NCBI GenBank assembly: GCA_004431415.1
Contig: QPMI01000558.1
Span: forward strand, 13,922-77,921
Direction: 5' to 3'
Source of the DNA: Cyanophora paradoxa CCMP329
Taxonomy: Eukaryota; Plantae; Glaucophyta
Length of the DNA stretch: 64,000 nucleotides
A program made the translations under genes and the position numbers. This document shows positions 48,267-60,709 of the stretch, piece after piece (the stretch's first letter is position 1; each line of letters begins with the position of its first letter). The notes under the pieces were generated by a model. That model was not told where the DNA came from. It saw nothing but the letters and a program-made list of their open reading frames with translations, and ran no database searches.

Positions 48267-51169
48267 ATGGGTTGCGGTAGCTCCAGCGCTAGCTACGAAG
48301 TTCCGTCGCGTCGCGTGCCGGGAGCGCCGCCGCCGCCAAGAGCTCCGCCAGGGGCGTCGGGTTCATATGCCGACTTCTCGAAGCCGGCCGCCGACTATCA
48401 GAAGCCCCCGAGCCTCGCGCCCGTCCGAGTGCATCCCGAACCACCCGCCAAGCCAACTAAGGCCCCGCAAGGTTCGCCTGTTTCCGCCGATGCGGGCGCA
48501 CGCGCCACCCTGACTTGGCCGGCAGCAGAGAAGCCGAGCAGCGAGTCGAAGCCGCCTTCCGCGGCCGTCGTCCTCGTGCCCATCGAAGCGGACTCCCAGC
48601 GCGAGGGGTCCCGGCGGGCGGCGCCCGCGGACGGCGTGAGGGCCGACAAGCCCTCAAAGCCGAACTCGAAGCATGCAACAGCGCCGCAGGCTGCGGAGGC
48701 GGCGGCCGCGCAGGGTCCCCCGCCCGCGGCAGCTGCGGCCGCCTCCAGTGCGCGGCGAACCCCGTCCGTCTCCGCGGCCGCCGGCCCCGCCCCGCAGCAG
48801 CAGCCGCCGGAGCCCGCGAAGCCGAAGAAGCCCGAATCCTTCTCCATGGCGCCGCCGCGGCACGCCAGGCGCCTGCGCCGCCCCGGCCCCGTCCCCTCCG
48901 CTCCGGAGGCCGCCCCCGCCCCTGCCCCGCCCCGCCCCAGCGGCCGCCCCCGCTCCGCCGGCCAAAGAGGCGACCGCGCAGCTGATTTCGCTGGCGCCGG
49001 CGGCGCCGGCGGCGTTCAGCATCCTCGACTTCCTCACGCCGGCCCCCGCCAAAGTCGTCCCAGCGGACCCGCGGCGCCCCGCCCCTTGAGCTCACGCTGG
49101 CGCCTGCGCCTTCGCCTGCGGCGGCCTCCTCCGGATCCCGCCGGCCCTCGCCCCGGCGGTGACGCCGGCCCCGGGCGCCGGCGGGGCCTCCTCGGCGGTG
49201 GCCTCGGGCGGGGCCGTGAGCGAGCTGCTGATCGTGTTCGCGTCGGTGAGCGGGAACGGGGAGGGCCAGGCGCGCCGCCTCCGGCAGGCGGCCCTCGAGC
49301 GCGGCCTGGCCGCCGACGCGGCGCCCCTCGCCGCCGCCTTTGCCGACCCCGCCGCCCTCGCCGCCGAGCGCCGCGCCGTCCTCTTCTTCGTCAGCTCCTT
49401 CGGCGACGGCGAGCCGCCCGAGTCGGCCCAGCGCCTCTGGGCCTGGCTCTGCGACCCCGCGCGCCCCGCCAACGCCCTCGCCGGCCTCCTCTTCGGCCTC
49501 TTCGGCAACGGGAGCCGCGTCTACGACCAGTACCAGCGCTTCCCCCGCCAGCTCTTCGCCGTGCGCCCCCCGCCCGCCCCCGCCCCCCGCCCCCCCTCCC
49601 GGCTGACGGCGGGGCAGAGGCTGCGGGCGCTGGGGGCGGTGCCGCTGTACGCGCGCGGGGAGGCGAACGAGGCGACGATGGAGGCGGACTTCGCGGCATG
49701 GGCGGGGGGCCTCTGGGGCGCCCTGGCGGACCCGAAGCCCGTCCCGCCCGAGGCGGCCGGGGACCCCGAGGAGGAGCCCGTGCTCGAGTGGGAGCTCGAG
49801 GCGGCCGGCCCCGGGGCCCCCCTCGAGGCGCCCCTCGACGAGGCCAGGCGCCTCCAGGCCTCGGCCCTCCAGCCGGGCGAGGAGCTGCTCGCCGCCCGCG
49901 TCCTCGAGAACCGCGAGCTTCACGGGCCCGCCTCGCCGGACAGCACGCGGCACGTGGCGCTGAGCCTCCCGCCGGCCCCCGCCGCCGCCTACCGCTGCGG
50001 CTGGTACCTCGGGGTCGTCCCCGAGGCCCCCGCGGGGGCCGTCGAGGCCCTCGCCGCCCGCCTCGGGCTGCCCCCCTCGCTGCTCGACGAGCCGGTCGTC
50101 CCGCGGGGCCCGGCGTGCCCCCGAGATCCGGGGCGTCCCGAGCACGCGGCGGGCGCTGCTGGCGCGGGCGGTGGACGTGACGAAGCCGGCGACGCGGCGG
50201 CTGCTGGCGGCGCTGGCCCCGCCGCCTCCAACATCTTCGACAGCGAGCGCATGCGGCTGCTCTCGCGGACGCGAAGGCCTTCGCCGCGTGGCGCGCCGCC
50301 GAGCGCCGCACGCCGCTCGAGGTGCTCAACGAGTTCGCGTCGTGCGCGCCGGCCTCGGGCTCCTCCTCGGGGCGCTGCCGCGGTGCGGCCGTGCCTCTAC
50401 TCCATCGCCTCCTCCCCGCCGTCGACCCCTCCACCCTCGCCGTCGCCGTCAAGGCGCGCCCCTCTCCCCCCGCCCCTCCCGTCTTCCTCTTACCCCCGGC
50501 GGCAGCACGTGCGGTACGCGACGGCCTCGGGGGCCGCCCACGAGGGCCTCTGCTCCGCCTTCCTCGCCCGCCTCCCCGTGGTCCGCGTCCCCCTCGCCCC
50601 GCCGAACCCGCTGGGCCGGCCTCTCTGACGTGGCGCGGGGGCAGCTGGGGGCGGCGCACGTGTTCGTGCGGCGCTCGCGCTTCGAGCCGCCGAAGGACCC
50701 CGCGACGCCCCTCCTCATGGTCGCCACGGGCTCCGGCGTCGGCCCCTTCCTCGGCTTCCTCCAGGAGCGCTCCGCGGGGCGCGGCGCGGGGCGCGGCGCG
50801 GGCCCCGCGGCGCTGGTGCTGGGCGCGCGCAGCGAGGCGGAGCTGCTCTACCGCGACGAGCTCGCCGAGCTGCGGGGGAGGGCACGCTGGCCTCCCTGCA
50901 CCCCGCCCTCTCGCGGCAGCCGGGCGCCCCCCGCGCCTACGTGCAGCACCGCCTCGGGGAGGAGGCCCTCGCCGAGAGGCGGCCGCCCTCGTCGCCGGCG
51001 GGGCGCGGTCTACGTCTGCGGCTCGGGCGCCGGCGGCATGCCCGAGGCCGTGCGCGCCGCCCTCGCCGCCGCCCTCGCCGCCCACGGGGCCGCGGGGAGC
51101 CCCGCCGAGGGCGAGGCCCTCGTCGCCCGCATGCGCGCCGAGGGCCGCTACAAGGAGGACTGCTGGTGA
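48267..51169 (+). CDS. Diflavin (FMN/FAD/NADPH) oxidoreductase, cytochrome P450 reductase-like, N-acylated
   Basis: MGCGSS start; flavodoxin LLIVFASVSGNGEGQA..FFVSSFGDGEPPESA..FGLFGNGSRVYDQY; LYSIASSP; MVATGSGVGPFLGFLQER; LLYRDEL; YVQHRL; VYVCG; GRYKEDCW-stop. Several frameshifts at 50100-51000. Confidence 0.87.
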
Positions 51170-51289
51170 CCGCCCCGGCGCGGCCCCCTCTCTCTTCTCA
51201 TAAGGCTTCGTCCTCCATCTCTCCCCCGCTGCCAGGTGTACAATTTCACGCGTTACCTCGGGGCTCAGCCCGTGTAAGTGACTTTTAGG

Positions 51290-51720
51290 GCTTAGTAATC
51301 TAGATAAGGCCGCATAGAGGCTACCCAGTGATCATGTCAAGTGTTGTGAGCTGTTTCATCATCTGATGGTCCGATGATCCGGCAGTGTTGAGTGTTTCCA
51401 GTTGATCAGATTGCAGGTGCCTTCGAGGTTTGAAGGCTTCAAATTGCAAAGGCAGTTTCTCAGTATCTGAGCTACAGTAGCCGCTGAGCCACAGGCCCAC
51501 AGTAGCCTAGTAGATCATGGGATCGTTGTTCGTGAACTCTGCAATGATCATGAGTACTTCTTGTGAATGTGTTCGTGTCTCAATGTGTGTGAATACGACT
51601 TAGCCTTCAGGCTTCAGAAATTCAGCCCCTGGCAGCCGGCATCCTGGCAGGCCGGGCTTCAAGGCTTCAAGGCTTGTGAATCAGCCTGGCAGTTGTGATC
51701 GGAGCCATGATCAGTGTCTA
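51290..51720. repeat. Second CpG-decayed intergenic island
   Basis: About 12 CpG in 430 bp (hand count) and no GCGC/CGCG; TGATCA several times; ggcttcaa/ggcttcag repeated. Confidence 0.55.
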
Positions 51721-51864
51721 AATTAGTTACCTCCACCAGACGTAAGCGGTGCCACCGTGGCAACGAGGCACGGTGCGATTTAGCACGGAAATCATTCACG
51801 TGCACGAGACTAGTACTCGAGGCAGTAGACCGGATCAAGTACGAGCACGGAGCTAAAGACGAGG

Positions 51865-53780
51865 CTAGCGGGGCCGGCGGGGGCGGGGGCGGGGCTACCG
51901 GGAGGCGGCGGTGGCGAGGGGGTCGCCCAGCGGGGCCCCCGCCCCCGCCCCCGCCCCGCTCCCCGCCGTGGCGAGGCGCGCCGCCGAGCCGCGCTCCGGC
52001 GTTCCCGCCCGCTCCCGTCGGCGTGCCCCCCGGCGGGCGGGGGCGGGCGCGAGGCGGGGCCGCGGGCGGAGGTGGGGCCCGGGGCGGCGTTGGCGTAGGG
52101 GAGGAGGCGGCCCTGGGGCCGGGGCGAGGGAGGCCGCGGTTCGCCGCCGCCCGCTCCGTCGCGAACTCGAACGGCCGCGGCCTGGCCCCGCGTCAGCCGC
52201 CACCTCGCGGGGCCGGGGCGCGCGGGGCGGGGCGGGGCCGGCTCACTTGGTGAGGGCGAGCGGGAGTCGGTGGGGAGGATGGCGGGCCGCCCCCGGCGCG
52301 GCTCCCCTCGCGTTGCCGGGGCGACGAGGAGCGGGCCGGGGAGTGCCGCCCCGTGGCCGTCCCGCCGGGCCCGAGCGGCCCGAACGAGCCGCCCATCGAC
52401 TCGGCGAGGGACGGCGACCGCCGCCCGCTCGCCCCAGCGCCTCCTCCCGCCCGCCCCCCGCCCCCGCCCCCGCCCCCGCCGCTCGGCGGGCGCGGCGGAG
52501 GACTGGGCCGGGGGAGGGCCCGGGAGGCGTTGCGAGTGGAGGGGCGGGCCCCCTCGAGGGGTTCCGGTCCCCCTCCACGCCCGCCACCCACGCCCCGTCA
52601 GCGTCAGCGGCGCCGGCGCCCTCGACGCCTCCGCCCCCGCCCCCGCCTCCGCCGCCGGCGCCTGCTCGCCGGCTGGGGGCCTCGCCCCGGGCGCTCGGCG
52701 GGCCGAGGCGCGCTCGCGCTCGCCGGGCGGTCGGGCCGCGCCGGCGGAGGCGGGGCGTCGGCGAGGCGGGAGCCCGAGGGCGGCGGAGGGCGGCTCGGGG
52801 CCGGGGCGGGGCCGGCGCCGCCCAGTCGCTCGCGACGAAGCGGGCGGGGCAGCGGCCCCAGGTGGAAGGCCGCGTTGTGCGGGGGGATGAACTCCGGGGG
52901 ATCGCCGACGGGTCCGCCACGACCAGCGGGCCCAGCGAGGCCCCGCCGCCGCCGCCGCCGCCGCCGCCCCGCCCGCTCCGCCTCCCTCCCCGCGCCCGCC
53001 CTCGGCCTGCGCACCCGTCAGCGGCGAGCCTTCGGGAACGGGGGGCGAGGCCCGCACCCGCCGGCGACTTCTGCTGCCGGGCGCGCAGAGCGAGTTAGCG
53101 GAGAGGCGAGGGGCGCGCAGGGGACCGGGCCGACCGTGGTTCGAGGCCTGCGGGGTTGGAGCACGGCGGTCAGCGTGTGACAGGGGCGCGGCCAGCGGCG
53201 GGTTCGCCCGCACCCGGCACCGGACTGGGGCCTGTCGCGGAGACTCCTCCGGGACGACTGCGGCGCGGGGGTCAGCTCGCCCTCGCGTCGGGCGGCCCGA
53301 GAAGGCAGCGACGCACCTGCTTTCTTGCTAGCTCTGCGGCCAGCTGGAACTGCATGCTCACTTCGTCCTCTGTCTCCTTCGGTTTCTGGGGCGCGGGTCG
53401 GGCGCGAAGCGCTAGCCCGATTGAGCTCCCGCACCTGTAGCTTCATGAACTGTCCCTTGATATAGCAGCAGCCTTCCACGATCTTCTGCCTGTGAACTGG
53501 TCGTACTGCACAGGCGAGGGGCAGCCTCAGCCGGCGCTGCGATCTCAGCGCGCCAGGCCCGGCGCAGGGAGCGTCGCATCCTGCACAGCCGGCGCACCTC
53601 CGGAGGAGCGTCGCATCCTGCAGGGCCGCTTTGGGAAAGTCCTTCGCCTTGGCCTTGTCTCGTTTTACATAGCTAATGTGCAGCGTCTTCTGCCCAGCCT
53701 TGGGCTCTTCTTCGCGCTATCAAGGAGCTGCGTAAACGCCTGTATATGCGACTCGGAGGCTGTCGGGGCGTCTGAGCCAT
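51865..53780 (-). CDS. Hypothetical protein with low-complexity C-terminus (frame broken by probable errors)
   Basis: Exon-like blocks bounded by typical splice sites (KIVEGCCYIKGQFMKLQ|gtgcgg; KPKETEDEVSMQFQLAAELARKQ|gtgcgt); no family recognised. Confidence 0.45.
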
Positions 53781-53944
53781 GGTCGCTGAGCGCTAAGGTG
53801 CCTAAACAAATTGCCAGTTACTACACTTCTCCCATGGACGTACAGAGTCCGGCGAGGCCGCAGGCGCTGAGATCGGAAGTCTTTGGGGGTACAGCTCGTC
53901 GCAGACTCCGGTGCGGCATCGGAGCAGCTCGTAGAACCCAAACA

Positions 53945-54300
53945 ATGGCATACCGCGGGTCACACCTGGCTTGAAGCTTGAGGCGTTCAAGTTCGGCCTG
54001 TGCTTCGGCATCCCGTTCGCCCTCGTCGCTGCCTTCAGCAACGCCGATTTCTACGAGTATGTGATGAAGAAGGTGCGCTGCCGCCGCGTATCTCGCGCCC
54101 GCCGCACCTTAGGTCACGCGCTGAACTCGCGTGCCCGGCAGACGCAATACCTCGTCTTCCCGCCGGAGCAGAACCGCGACCTCCTGCAGCAGCACATGAT
54201 GGAGCACAATTTGGCAGCGATGAAAGGCGGCGCGAGAAGGAGCGGGCACGGATGCGGCGAAGTCTTCTGCGTGAGGACCAGCAGCTTCCAGCTTTCCTCG
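53945..54300 (+). CDS. PET100: PET100-like cytochrome c oxidase assembly factor
   Basis: LEAFKFGLCFGIPFALVAAFSN..YEYVMKK|TQYLVFPPE matches the plant/protist PET100 pattern (LE.xKF.xYx.xP...N...YVVYP.E); frameshift right after the ATG; end approximate. Confidence 0.68.
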
Positions 54301-54531
54301 GCGGGCGCGCCGTACGCGCGGAGCGGCTGCGCTTCTATCCTGGACGTCCAAACAACGCCATCCGCATCGGCTCATCGGCTGCTCGAGTCGTTTCGGCCTG
54401 CAGGCCCCGCGTCATCCTCTGCTCTCCCCGCTTTTCCCTCTGCGCTTCTTCCCGATGTAAATCATCTGTTCTGCGTACATATATATGATACACGTAACGT
54501 CCTGCGCTCTGAGGCCGCGGGGCAGCCCCTC

Positions 54532-57065
54532 CTATCTACGCTGGCCGCGGGGCGCCTCAGGGGCTGAACTTGGCGGAGAGGCCTCGCCGCTGCCCCTGCT
54601 CGGAGCGCATGTCCGCAGCAGCGCCTTCGCCTCCTCCTTCTCCTGCGGCGCGCGGCTCGGAGGCCGCGGGGCGGCGGGCGGGAGGGGCGGACGGGGCCGG
54701 CGTAGTCGAGGAGGCGGAGCAGTAGGCCTCGGCGGCCTTGAGGTCGCCGCGGGCGCGGTGGAAGTTGGCGAGAAGAGCAGCGCCTCCACCGTCTCCTGCC
54801 CGTCCAGCTGCCCCGCCCTCTCAACGCCCGCCCGCCCGGCGCCCGCCCCGCCCCGCCCGCCCTCGCCGCACCTCCTCGGCGTCCCGCTTGTCGAGGTTGC
54901 GCTTGTAGTAGAAGGCCGCCTTGTCCGCCATGTTCAGCTGCTTGCAGTACAGCCGCGCCAGCTTCGAGAGCGCGATCCCCTCCCGGTCCTGCCGGCCCCG
55001 CCCCGGTGAGGCGCGGCGAGGGGACAGGGCGGGGGAGGGAGGCGGACGGAGTGGCACTCGGCGCGCTCGTAGCACTTGATGGCCTCGTGCCATCGCTGCA
55101 TCTTCTCGTAGCAGTCCGCCATCGCGCACCACATCCGCGCGTCGTACGGCCTGCACCCGCCGCCCCGCCCCGCCCGCTCGGCCTCGCCCCCCGGCCGGCG
55201 GTCTGTGTGCGGGGCGGGCGGCACCGGAGGTGGTGGCCTTCCTGTAGTAGTAGAGGGCGTAGAAGGCATGTGCAGGAGCTCGTAGGTCTGCCCGAGCCGT
55301 ACCACGCCCGGTAGTCCCGCGCGTTGATGTCTGCCCGAGAGTGAGGAGGGGGGGAGGTCGGCGTGGGAGGGGGCGAGGGGGGAGCGCACCGACGGCGGTG
55401 CGATAGGCGTGATGGCTGCCGGCGTGTTCTGCGCGCGCTTCAGGCGGGCGGGGCGGAGGCGAGGACGTAGATGCGGGGAGGGCGCGCCTTCATCTCGACG
55501 TACTCGTGGCCCATGAGGGTCCAGGCGGAGAGGTAGTTGCGTTGAGGCGAAGCGCCGCTGGAAGTAGATCACCGCCTTCTCGTGCTGGCCCGCAGGCTGT
55601 AGTAGTTCCCTGCGGCGCGCCCGCTCGGGCGCGGCGCGGGCGACGCAAGGCGGGCGGGGGGCGGGGCGGACCGACGATGCAGCAGGTCTCGGGGCGGTAC
55701 TTGTCGAGCTGGGTGGCGGTGTGGGCGAGGAAGGAGAGCGGCGCGCGGCTCTCCTGCGCGGCGGTGAGGGGGGAGGGAAGGGGCGGCGCGGGGCGGGCCT
55801 TGACGTAGAGGATGTTGAGTAGATGTCCATGCCGTCCAGGCGGCACGGCTCCCGCTTCACCAGCTCCTCGAATTCCTCCTGCGCCTCATCGAACTCTGCC
55901 CGCCCCGACCCTCAGCGGTGGCGCCGCGGCGCGGGCGGGGCGGGGCGGGGCGGACCGCGCTGGTTGTACTTGGCGATGGCGGTCTGCGCCAGGAGGTAGT
56001 TCGAGAGGGGGAAGAGCTGCTGCAGCGACTCGTACAGCGCGAGGCTCTCCTGCGGGCCGTCAGCGCGGGCCGGCGCCGCGGCGGGGCGGGAGGGCGCGCC
56101 TCGCTGTTCTGGAACTCGAGGGCGACGTGGGCGAGGAACATGTCCTTCATGTACTCCGGCTTGCTCCCGCCCCGCCAGCAGCTCCGCCTGCCCCCGCCCC
56201 GCCCCGCCCCGTCGGTCCCCCGCTAGACGCACGCCGCGGCCGCCGCACCGTCTGCCGGTCGGGGCACAGCGCCGCCAGCTCGAGCCACGCCGACCAGTTC
56301 CACGGGTACGCGTCGATGGACGCCACGAGCACGTCTCGCGCCTGCGCCTTGTGCTCCGATTCTTTCAGGACGACCCCGTACCTGCCCGCGCGTCACCGCG
56401 CCGAGCGGAGCCGCAGAGCGGCGAGGGGCGCACAAGTACAAGTTGAAGCCGTCAAGCTGGTTAAGCTTGTGCGCCTCGCCGAGCTCCGCGGACAGCGCCG
56501 CGAGCTCTCCGTTGACGACGTCCGACTTCGTCTGAGCCGCCGCTGCCCCGCGAAAAACCGCCATGAGCCGAGCGCGAAGTCGCCCCCGGCTGGCGCGCCG
56601 CACCTGTGAGCTCTGCGACCTCCTCCTCCTTCCGCTTCTCGCCGCCTGCGCGCTCCGGCGGCTCAGCGGGCACAGGTTGCGAGGCGCGCCCCATGCGCAC
56701 GAGGTAGAGCGCGTAGCCGCGAAGAAACGTGCACTTCTGACTCCTGCATCCTTTTAGCGCGTGCCCGCGCGCTTGAACTCCTTCAGCTCGAAGTAGCTTC
56801 GCGCCATCAGGAACTTGTCCTCCTCAAGCTCGTCCGCGATCGGCTCGTCCTCGAGCGCTGGCGACGGTGCGTGTGGAGGAACGCCCACGGTCCCAATGCC
56901 TGCTGCTTGCTCCGACGCCCTGCACGGCGGCCGCACGTCAGCCGGGCGCCGCCGCGGGCCGGTTGGAGCGCTACGCGCCATTTTGCAGACTGGTAGAGCG
57001 CGCTCTAAGAGCTGCTTTGCAGCGAGCCGGAGCTCGGCCTTGACCGTGCGCGGCTCGAACGACAT
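54532..57065 (-). CDS. CDC23: Anaphase-promoting complex subunit 8 (CDC23)
   Basis: ELRLAAKQLLERAL..ASEQ; DKFLMARSYFELKEFKRA; AGEKRKEEE; LDGFNLYLYGVVLK; YPWNWSAWLEL; MDIYSNILYVK; DKYRPETCCIVGNYYSL; AWTLMGHEYVEMKNT; LGQTYELL; RPYDARMWCAM. Several single-base deletions. Confidence 0.93.
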
Positions 57066-57384
57066 CGGATTCGGCGGGAAGACAGCGCCGCCTTCAAATT
57101 GTTTGTGTTCGTGTACCCCATCGCGATCCGCGCGATGGCCGAGGCCGCCGAGGGCGCGGCGGAAGCCATGGAGATCGATACGGAGGCGTGTGGCAAGAAG
57201 CTGGCCCGCCCCGGAGACCAAGAAGCTCCTCGATGCTCCAGCATTCAAGCAGCTCGCGCCACCGACTCGGCGCCCAAGCGAGCCGCACGGAGCCTATTAA
57301 GGCTTCGATCAAGCGGAAGAGCCCGAAACCGATTCCGATGCCGTTTCGCGGAAGACGAAGCGAACGCCCATTACGCTCAAGCCG

Positions 57385-60300
57385 ATGGTCAAGCCGGCAG
57401 TATTCGCGAAGAAGTCGTTCGACGGTCTACTCCGGCGCAGCCAGCGCCTCGGAAGGATCAAGAGCAGCCTAAAGAGCTCATCAAGAAGGATACGAGCACT
57501 CCGTGGATGGGCAACAGCCGGCTAGGGGTCACCCGAGCACAGGCGCGTTCACATCACTCTCGCGGCATTCTGGCGCTAAAAGACACGCAGGCATATATCG
57601 ACAACATTCTTAAACAGCTAGTAGACGAGACTCGGAAGCGTAGAGCCGAGGGCAACGACATTTCTCCGCGACAGCACAAGGTTTGTTTATTCCTTCCTTT
57701 TCGCAACCGCCCCTCCATCCCGCGTCCTGCCATTCTTGTTCTAAATCGAGCACGTTTATTATTTTAAAAGTCTAACTCGTCAATAGAAGATTTCGATGCG
57801 TTCTACCGCGCATTTTCCTTTTGATGCCCCAGCCCCTCCCTCGTCTTTTCCACTGGGCATTTCGATCTAATTCGCCGCCACTGCCTTTCTTGTGCATGGG
57901 TATCGCTTCCGATAGATTTATTGAGCGTATGACGGCCCTGCAATTGCGGGTGCCATGTCCGCAACCTAGAATTTGTCTCCCTTGGGTTGAATTCACACGA
58001 TGCCGTCCTTGGCCCTCCGCGCTGACATCCACCGCCACCGCAGCATTTGAAGACGCTTATACGGCAACGAAGAATCGAAAACCTCGCAGTCGGTGCGCCC
58101 GATGACCGCTGATCGCGGCGGTTTCCGGGGGGTGGGGGCGGTTTCTGAGCGCCACGGCCGCAGTCGAGCGCACCGGGGCCAGAAGCGAAAGGAGGCTGAG
58201 TTGTTTGGCTTGCGGCCGTCCCTGATCATCAACCTGTACCCTCGGGGCTTCTCCCTCGACAACGTCGTGCGCACGAGCCGCCCGTGCCCCTTTTGGCCTC
58301 GGTCCGGCGAGCGGGGGCGGGCGGCAGGAGCTGAAGCCGTACGACCGGACGACGCGGACTTCCTGCGGACGCTGGACGCGGGGCGGCTGCCGCCGGCTTC
58401 GTGGACTTCAACATGCCGGTCGTCTTCTACGACGGCTGCCTTATCCTCGAAATCCGCGACTTCCGCCGCGTGCCCGCAAGCACGACGCCCGGCCCCTCGT
58501 CCGCCGCCGCATCCTCCGCCCGCCACCCAGTCCTCCACGCCGGCCCGCCGCCCCCGCCCCGCCCCGCGCCGGCCCGCCCCTGCTGACGCGCGCGCAGACG
58601 TCGAGCTGCTGCTCAAGAAGTACGGGCAGTACACGCAGGGCCGCCGAGCGAGGAGACCGCATCAAGATCGAGCAGCGCATCCTCGTGCGCCCCGCCCGCC
58701 CCGCCCGTCCCGCCGGCGCCACGGCCGACGCGGAGGCAGCTCTCGACGGCGAGCCGCTATGCTGGAGCCGATGCCCGAGTCTCGCGCATCGCCAACATCC
58801 TCCACTTCAACCGCCTCAAGGGCAACGTCAAGCCCGCCCCTCGCGCCCATCTGCGGGCCGCAGCCTCCTCCGCCCTGCCCGCGAGCCGCCTCAGCCGAGC
58901 GGCCCTACGCGCGCCAGGTGCGCCCCGCTGCCGCCGCCCGCCCGCCGGCCGCTGGCCGACGCGCCCGCAGTGGTGCCGCGCATGACCCCAACCGGGAGCA
59001 GCTTCTCGCAGTGCGCTGCCTGCACCCGCGCGCCCGGGGCCCGCGCTGACGCTGGCGCAGCAACAGCAGCTGCGGCAGCGGCAGCAGCGGGGCGACGCGG
59101 GCCACGCGGCGCAGGCCGCTCGCAGCAGAGACGTACCGCAGCTGCTGGCGTACTTCGAGAACGACGGGCGGGCGGCGCCGCTGCCGTACCCGCGGAGCTG
59201 ATCGACCGCTGATGGACGGATCCCCGGGCGGCCGCGGACCTCCCGCACACCGCCATCTCCGTGCCCCGCCGCACCCGCCGCATCGCCGGGCCCTCCCTCT
59301 TCGGCCACGGCCACGACCAGGTCCCCCCATGCCCCCGTCCCATCCCCCAGCCCCCGCGCCCCGCCCTCCCCCGGCCGCCCCGCTCCCGCGCCCCGCCCCC
59401 GCCTCAGGGGCGCCCTCCCCTCCGCCCCTCGACGGCCTCGTTGCCAGCGATCGCCGCGACGGCCGCCACGCCGCCGCGCCGTCGGTGACGCCACTGGTGC
59501 CGGTGCAGGCGCCGGTCGGCGCGCGCCCCGGCGAGGAGGAGTTCACGAAGCGAATCCTGTACTACGCAACGCCTGGCACAAGCGCGTCGACGACAAGAAG
59601 CCCAAGGGTGCGCCCCCGGCGCCGCGTTTCATTTCGGTGCCCGCGCGCCGACGCCGGCGCGCGCAGGCCCGGGAGTGTGCCGCAGCCGCACGCGGTGAGC
59701 CACACGTGCACCTGCGTCTGCTGCAAGCCGCGACGGCGGGAAGGCGGTGCCGCGGAGTGCAGGGCCCGCACAACAAGGTGGTCCCATGCGGGCGGAGCTC
59801 GCCCAGATGGCCAACCCCCCATCAACGTCGTCTCCGTCAACTTCCACACCAAGCGCAGTGCGCCGCCCGCCGCCCCGCCCGCCCGCCCGTGCGGGGCCGA
59901 CGCGGGCGGCAGACACGTTCTTCGGGCTGGAGATCGGGGCCGGCTCTACTCGGCTTCACGGCGCACCTGACGGTGTGCGAGAGCCTGGCGGACCAGTCCA
60001 AGACCGTCTTCCACCGCTTCCCCGTCGGCACCCGCTACGAGGGCCAGAAGTTCGCCATCGCCTTCGCCAGGCCGCCGAGAAGCTCGACGGCGCCAAGATC
60101 ATCCCCCTCCAGACGCAGCAGGCCATGCAGCAGCAGGCGCAGCTCGCCGCGCAGGCCCAGCCCAGGCCAGCTCGCGGCCCAGCTCCAGGCCCAGGCCGCC
60201 ACGCCCAGGCCATGCCGCCGGCGCCGCGCACCCCATCATGACCCCGGGGCGCCCTCGCCTCCACCCCCGACGCCGCCCGCCGCAGCAGCGGCGCGCGGCG

Positions 60301-60524
60301 GCGGCGGCGGCGGCGAACCAGCTGGGCGGGGCGCGGCCTGCAGCAGCAGCAGCTGCTGATCGCGCAGCGGCAGCAGCAGCTCTCCTCCGCAGCAGCAGTT
60401 CAACGCCCTGCCCCCCGAGCAGCAGCAGGCCCTCGCCGCCCAGTTCGCCGCCGCCGCGCCGCTCAGCTCCAGGCCGCCAGGCCGCTGCGCAGCAGGCCGC
60501 CCAGCAGGCAGGGGGCAGCTCTAG
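57385..60524 (+). CDS. SPT20: SAGA subunit SPT20-like with Gln-rich C-terminus
   Basis: PSLIINLYPRGFSL..PY..DFLRTLDAGRLP..VFYDGCLILEIRDFR..IEQRIL..PL.LEP is the Spt20 domain signature; Q/A-rich tail; frameshifts present. Confidence 0.78.
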
Positions 60525-60709
60525 CGGCCCCGCACCCTCTCCTCCCCAGCCTCTTCCAGCCCGCTCGTCTCCTCCCGCCTCCTCCGTAGCTCCTCTCGCT
60601 TTCCGGCCGCTCCCGCACCCTGCCCGCCCTCCTCCGGCCGCTGTACCCGTGTACTTTGTGTAAAGATTTCAATATTCGTATCGACAACGCGCTGGGGGCT
60701 GGCGCGACG

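Noticed and set aside
51284-51294. TTTAGGG as an interstitial telomere repeat
   Set aside because: Single unit, no array.
57946-57990. GGGTGCC as the start of a TPP riboswitch
   Set aside because: The conserved CTGAGA and ACCTGA..ATAATG..CGTAGG elements are absent.
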